Source: Perkinsus olseni (taxonomy: Eukaryota). From it: a stretch of 38,065 nt of DNA. Positions within the stretch are counted from its first letter, which is position 1. Each line of letters opens with the position of its first letter. The position numbers and the translations under genes are program-made. Positions 35,001 through 38,065 of the stretch are shown here, in pieces. The DNA is taken from contig JABANN010000335.1 of NCBI GenBank assembly GCA_013115125.1, forward strand, positions 1-38,065, given 5' to 3'. Below the pieces are notes generated by a model that saw nothing but the letters and a program-made list of their open reading frames with translations, did not search any database and was not told the DNA's origin.

Positions 35001-35701
35001 CCGGAGCAGGCGGCGAGACACCAGAGGATCCACTGCTAACTCCTGATGCAGCTCATCGAGGGAGGCCAACAGCCTTCACAGGTCAGCGTCGAGGTGGAGT
35101 GTTAAATCAGGATGTTGGGGGATCTGTATACTTGGATGCTGAGAACGTAGATGAGCCGTAAGTATCTCTTGAAGACGGGACGGCCGCTCATGTGATCCAC
35201 CACCATTTCATAGTAGTTGGAAGGTACTTGGGCGTGGTGCAGTTCTCCGCCCATCCAGAGAGTGACCGCTTCGTTGACAGCCAGCTCCTCTCTGGCGGGG
35301 AGAAGACCATAGCCGCAGCAGCACTGCTCTTTGCCATATTCGCATGGCAAAGGCCAGCATTGGTAGCATTTGTCAATTTGGTTTTAATTTGAGATCAGCT
35401 ACGGTGTTTCATGTCTCCATAGATACTACTGGATGAGGTTGACGCAGCTCTGGACAGGCGTAACTTGTCAACACTTTCGGACTTTGTTCGGGAGCACACC
35501 TCGGACTGTACGAGCCCTGATGATCTACTGCAAGTAGGATGGGGCATGCCTTGCCTTCCCGCCCACCGATCCTTTGGTATTCAGGTCGTTCTTGTGAGCT
35601 TGAAGGAGAGCTTATACGGCCAAGCACAGGCTCTCGTCGGAGTATACAAGGATCCCATGAAAGACGTCTCTCGACTCCTCTCGCTTGACTTACGACCGTA
35701 A
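29060..35701 (+). CDS. SMC1: Structural maintenance of chromosomes protein 1 (cohesin subunit), divergent, many introns
   Basis: NNFKSYHG, Walker A GPNGSGK-SNLLDA (split by an intron), Q-loop LVLQGQI, coiled coils, hinge (GLVSDLV, CIQWLKEK, TFIPL, LGKTVV, VTLDG), signature LSGGEKTIAAAAL, LDEVDAALD and VSLK. The NLLDA, IAAAAL and SLK variants favour SMC1 over SMC4. Confidence 0.9.
33382..33661 (+). ncRNA. Candidate structured intronic RNA (H/ACA-like 3' end) in SMC1 intron 33313-33702
   Basis: Series of hairpins including CGGAC-GGAA-GTCCG, an ANANNA match at 33570-33575, and ACA at 33656-33658 directly after a stem. Confidence 0.35.
34109..34237 (+). ncRNA. Candidate hairpin-hinge-hairpin (H/ACA-like) RNA in SMC1 intron 34093-34246
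   Basis: Two hairpins, each with lower stem, internal loop and upper stem. Boxes are non-canonical. Confidence 0.3.
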
Positions 35702-35719
35702 CAAGGCTTGTTAAACAAG

Positions 35720-38065
35720 CATCGAGAGGCGCATGCGCTACTCGTGCGGAGCGGTCTCCCCGCAGATACAAAGAAGGTGTTCCAACCAATGACGCTTTCA
35801 CAGAAAGCAGCTTCTCCGGAAGGCCAACCAAGCGGAATGATAATTCCCGAAACGATTTGTCGAACAGTCTTCTTGGCCGCACGGGAGGATAGCGAATAGT
35901 CATCGACCGGCATGTTTGCAATCACAACATCTTCGTATAATAATTAGCTACTTGAATAGGGTTTCTCACTATTACTTGATTAGGGTTCCGATTGGACGGC
36001 GCGCTAGTGGAGTTGTGGGTTGTGATATCGGGGTTTAGATCTGCGAATGTCTGAGACATTATGTCTTTCCAGTTTTAGTCGTATTAGGGTTCCTCCTTAT
36101 TACTCCTCAGCCCATCAACAAATACGCGTTTGGTCCCCTCTGATTATTACGTGTATCAGTCTGGCGGCCAGACCCTGGCCACTAGCTTCCGGTAAATGAG
36201 GCGCATGTAATAGTATGAAGTCGCGCGGCTTCACGTTTTTTATAACAGTCATACTGTTACAGTATAGGTGCTTACTACAATATCCGCGCCCGTCGCTAGT
36301 TTGAATTCTCTTTGCTGCCTCGGACCATTGGCCACTCGACTAGGTTCGACTGCGTGGCTCTATTGGCTACGTACTACTACATCTATTCGCTAAGATGCCC
36401 TCCTAGTGTTGTTTGCCCGTGGTTCCTGAGATTATTCACGCACCTTAAAAATCGTTGAGAAGTGTTCGAAGGCTTTCAAATGTTCTAGGAATTCGGGATC
36501 CATCCGGTTCTCCTGCTACTTCGTTGTTGTGTACTGATCGCCGATACAACGTGTACTCGACAGTGGTTTCACTTGAACTCAATATATTTAATTTAGTCTG
36601 TTCATTCTGCGGTCCCACTTTTTCCTCCAAGACTTAGTCTTGGAGACTATGGAGACTAGGTCAAGTACGTTTTTACGAGATGGCTTCCCCAACAGACAGA
36701 TATGTTTTGGCCCAAAACTTTTGGGGGCGAGACTGTCGAAGCCATGTCGAAGATGACTTGCCGCACATTGTGCGGCTAGCACATCATTCTGGTGTTGCTA
36801 TGTTGTCGTAAAAATTAGTGGTAGATGTCCTTACGCTAGGTTCCATTCTATGTGCAGTTTCTATAACTGTAATTCTATTCACCTGAGAGAGTCATCTTCA
36901 GTAAAGACGGCGAAGGTGAGGGGCATATAGCCGCTATACGTCGTATGTGGGCTATATTGTAGCCCATATACGACGTATAGCATCCTTCGTATCCTAGAAT
37001 GCACCGCTTTCCCCGTGTAAATTATAACGAATAGAGTACAAAGTCAGCACTAGTCTTCCGCAGATGACTTTGGAACCGGCTATTACCCCAGCCAGGGCTT
37101 TGCTGGGTCCGCCAGCGCTTGCGCGCCTTTATCGGAGCCCTGAGAGTTGCCATTTTTGCTCACTGCTGCTTACTGTTGTTTATGAGTATCGCTCACGTTA
37201 TGTCCCGTGTCTTTTCCTACATTCTCGTATGACAATTCAATTTTGCATGCTTGACAGTACTGCCGCAGCTGTTTCCCTACGGAAAATGCTCTCGTGCAAA
37301 ACTACACTCACGAACACTACTTGGTACTCGCTGGCCCATGAACGTGATGCACAGTTCTTCAGGCCCTGGGTTCCTCTTATCCAGATCTGCTGCTTTACTG
37401 TCCTCTGTGTTGTTCTTCACAAGAAACTGGGCCATCTTCAATCTGGCCACGGTGAAAGATGACGTTAAGGCGTCTAAGCGCTCCTCGATCTTTTCAAGTT
37501 GCTCTTCGACTTCGAAAAGTATTCGCGATTGCTGAGCATGCTTAATACCAGCTATCGTTGAGAAGGATATCGCTGGATATCTGGATATTGGACAAGGCGC
37601 TGGATATTGGTGGATATCGCTATCCAGCCATGTTGATAACCCGAACTTCTCCAGGATATCGCCGAGGAGTGAGCTACGGCAGGACTTGGGCCTTGGAGTA
37701 CAAGTCGGAGATAAGACGGAAGAGAATGGATAGGCTGCAGCCCAAAGGTGAATGCCGGTGACGACCTTTTTCGTATATCGGGCGTTATGGAGGGTCCCAC
37801 ACTTAGTGAAATTACAATGCAGTTAGTTGGTGACACTGCGGGTGTCATCACCAGTCGGCGAATTTGGACTGCAGTATGATTAGACGAAATTGTGGTGCAG
37901 CTGCACTTGACGAACTAGAGACGCAGCATGACTTGACGAATTCGAAGTGCAGCATTTCTGGAATTTTCTGCACCCCAATTTCGCCCACTGGTGGTGACAG
38001 TAGGCTGCAATTTAACTTCGTTCGAACTGTCACCCCCGCGCCCCCTGGACAATGTTAGCCCAATG
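35720..38065 (-). CDS. 3' part of a multi-exon hypothetical gene entering from the right edge (ends approximate)
   Basis: Minus-strand exon-like frames bounded by AG/GT: RNAALRIRQ, RILFEVEEQLEKIEERLDAL, KQLRQYCQACKIEL, ENRMDPEFLEHLKAFEHF and YEDVVIANMPVDDY. No family recognised. Confidence 0.45.
36933..36981. repeat. 22-bp near-perfect inverted repeat (hairpin)
   Basis: gctatacgtcgtatgtgggcta-tattg-tagcccatatacgacgtatagc, with one G-T pair. Confidence 0.9.

Overview
Gene-dense eukaryotic DNA with many short (about 40-65 nt) GT-AG introns, short intergenic gaps and trinucleotide microsatellites. The style resembles a Perkinsus-type alveolate, which is an inference and not proven. From left to right: three tandem paralogous 3xRRM hnRNP A1/Musashi/DAZAP1-like genes with Q/P-rich tails ending in a PY motif; an apparently intronless C45-family Ntn-hydrolase with a RING-like zinc finger inserted before its catalytic Cys; two hypothetical genes; a ribokinase; a tandemly duplicated putative secreted-protein gene whose second copy looks broken; a CCoAOMT-type O-methyltransferase; further hypothetical genes; a divergent SMC1; and the 3' part of a minus-strand multi-exon gene running off the right edge. 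The best candidates for novelty are the RING-in-C45 protein and highly structured, H/ACA-like sequences in the two unusually long SMC1 introns. Gene models were assembled by eye, so the boundaries of hypothetical genes are approximate.
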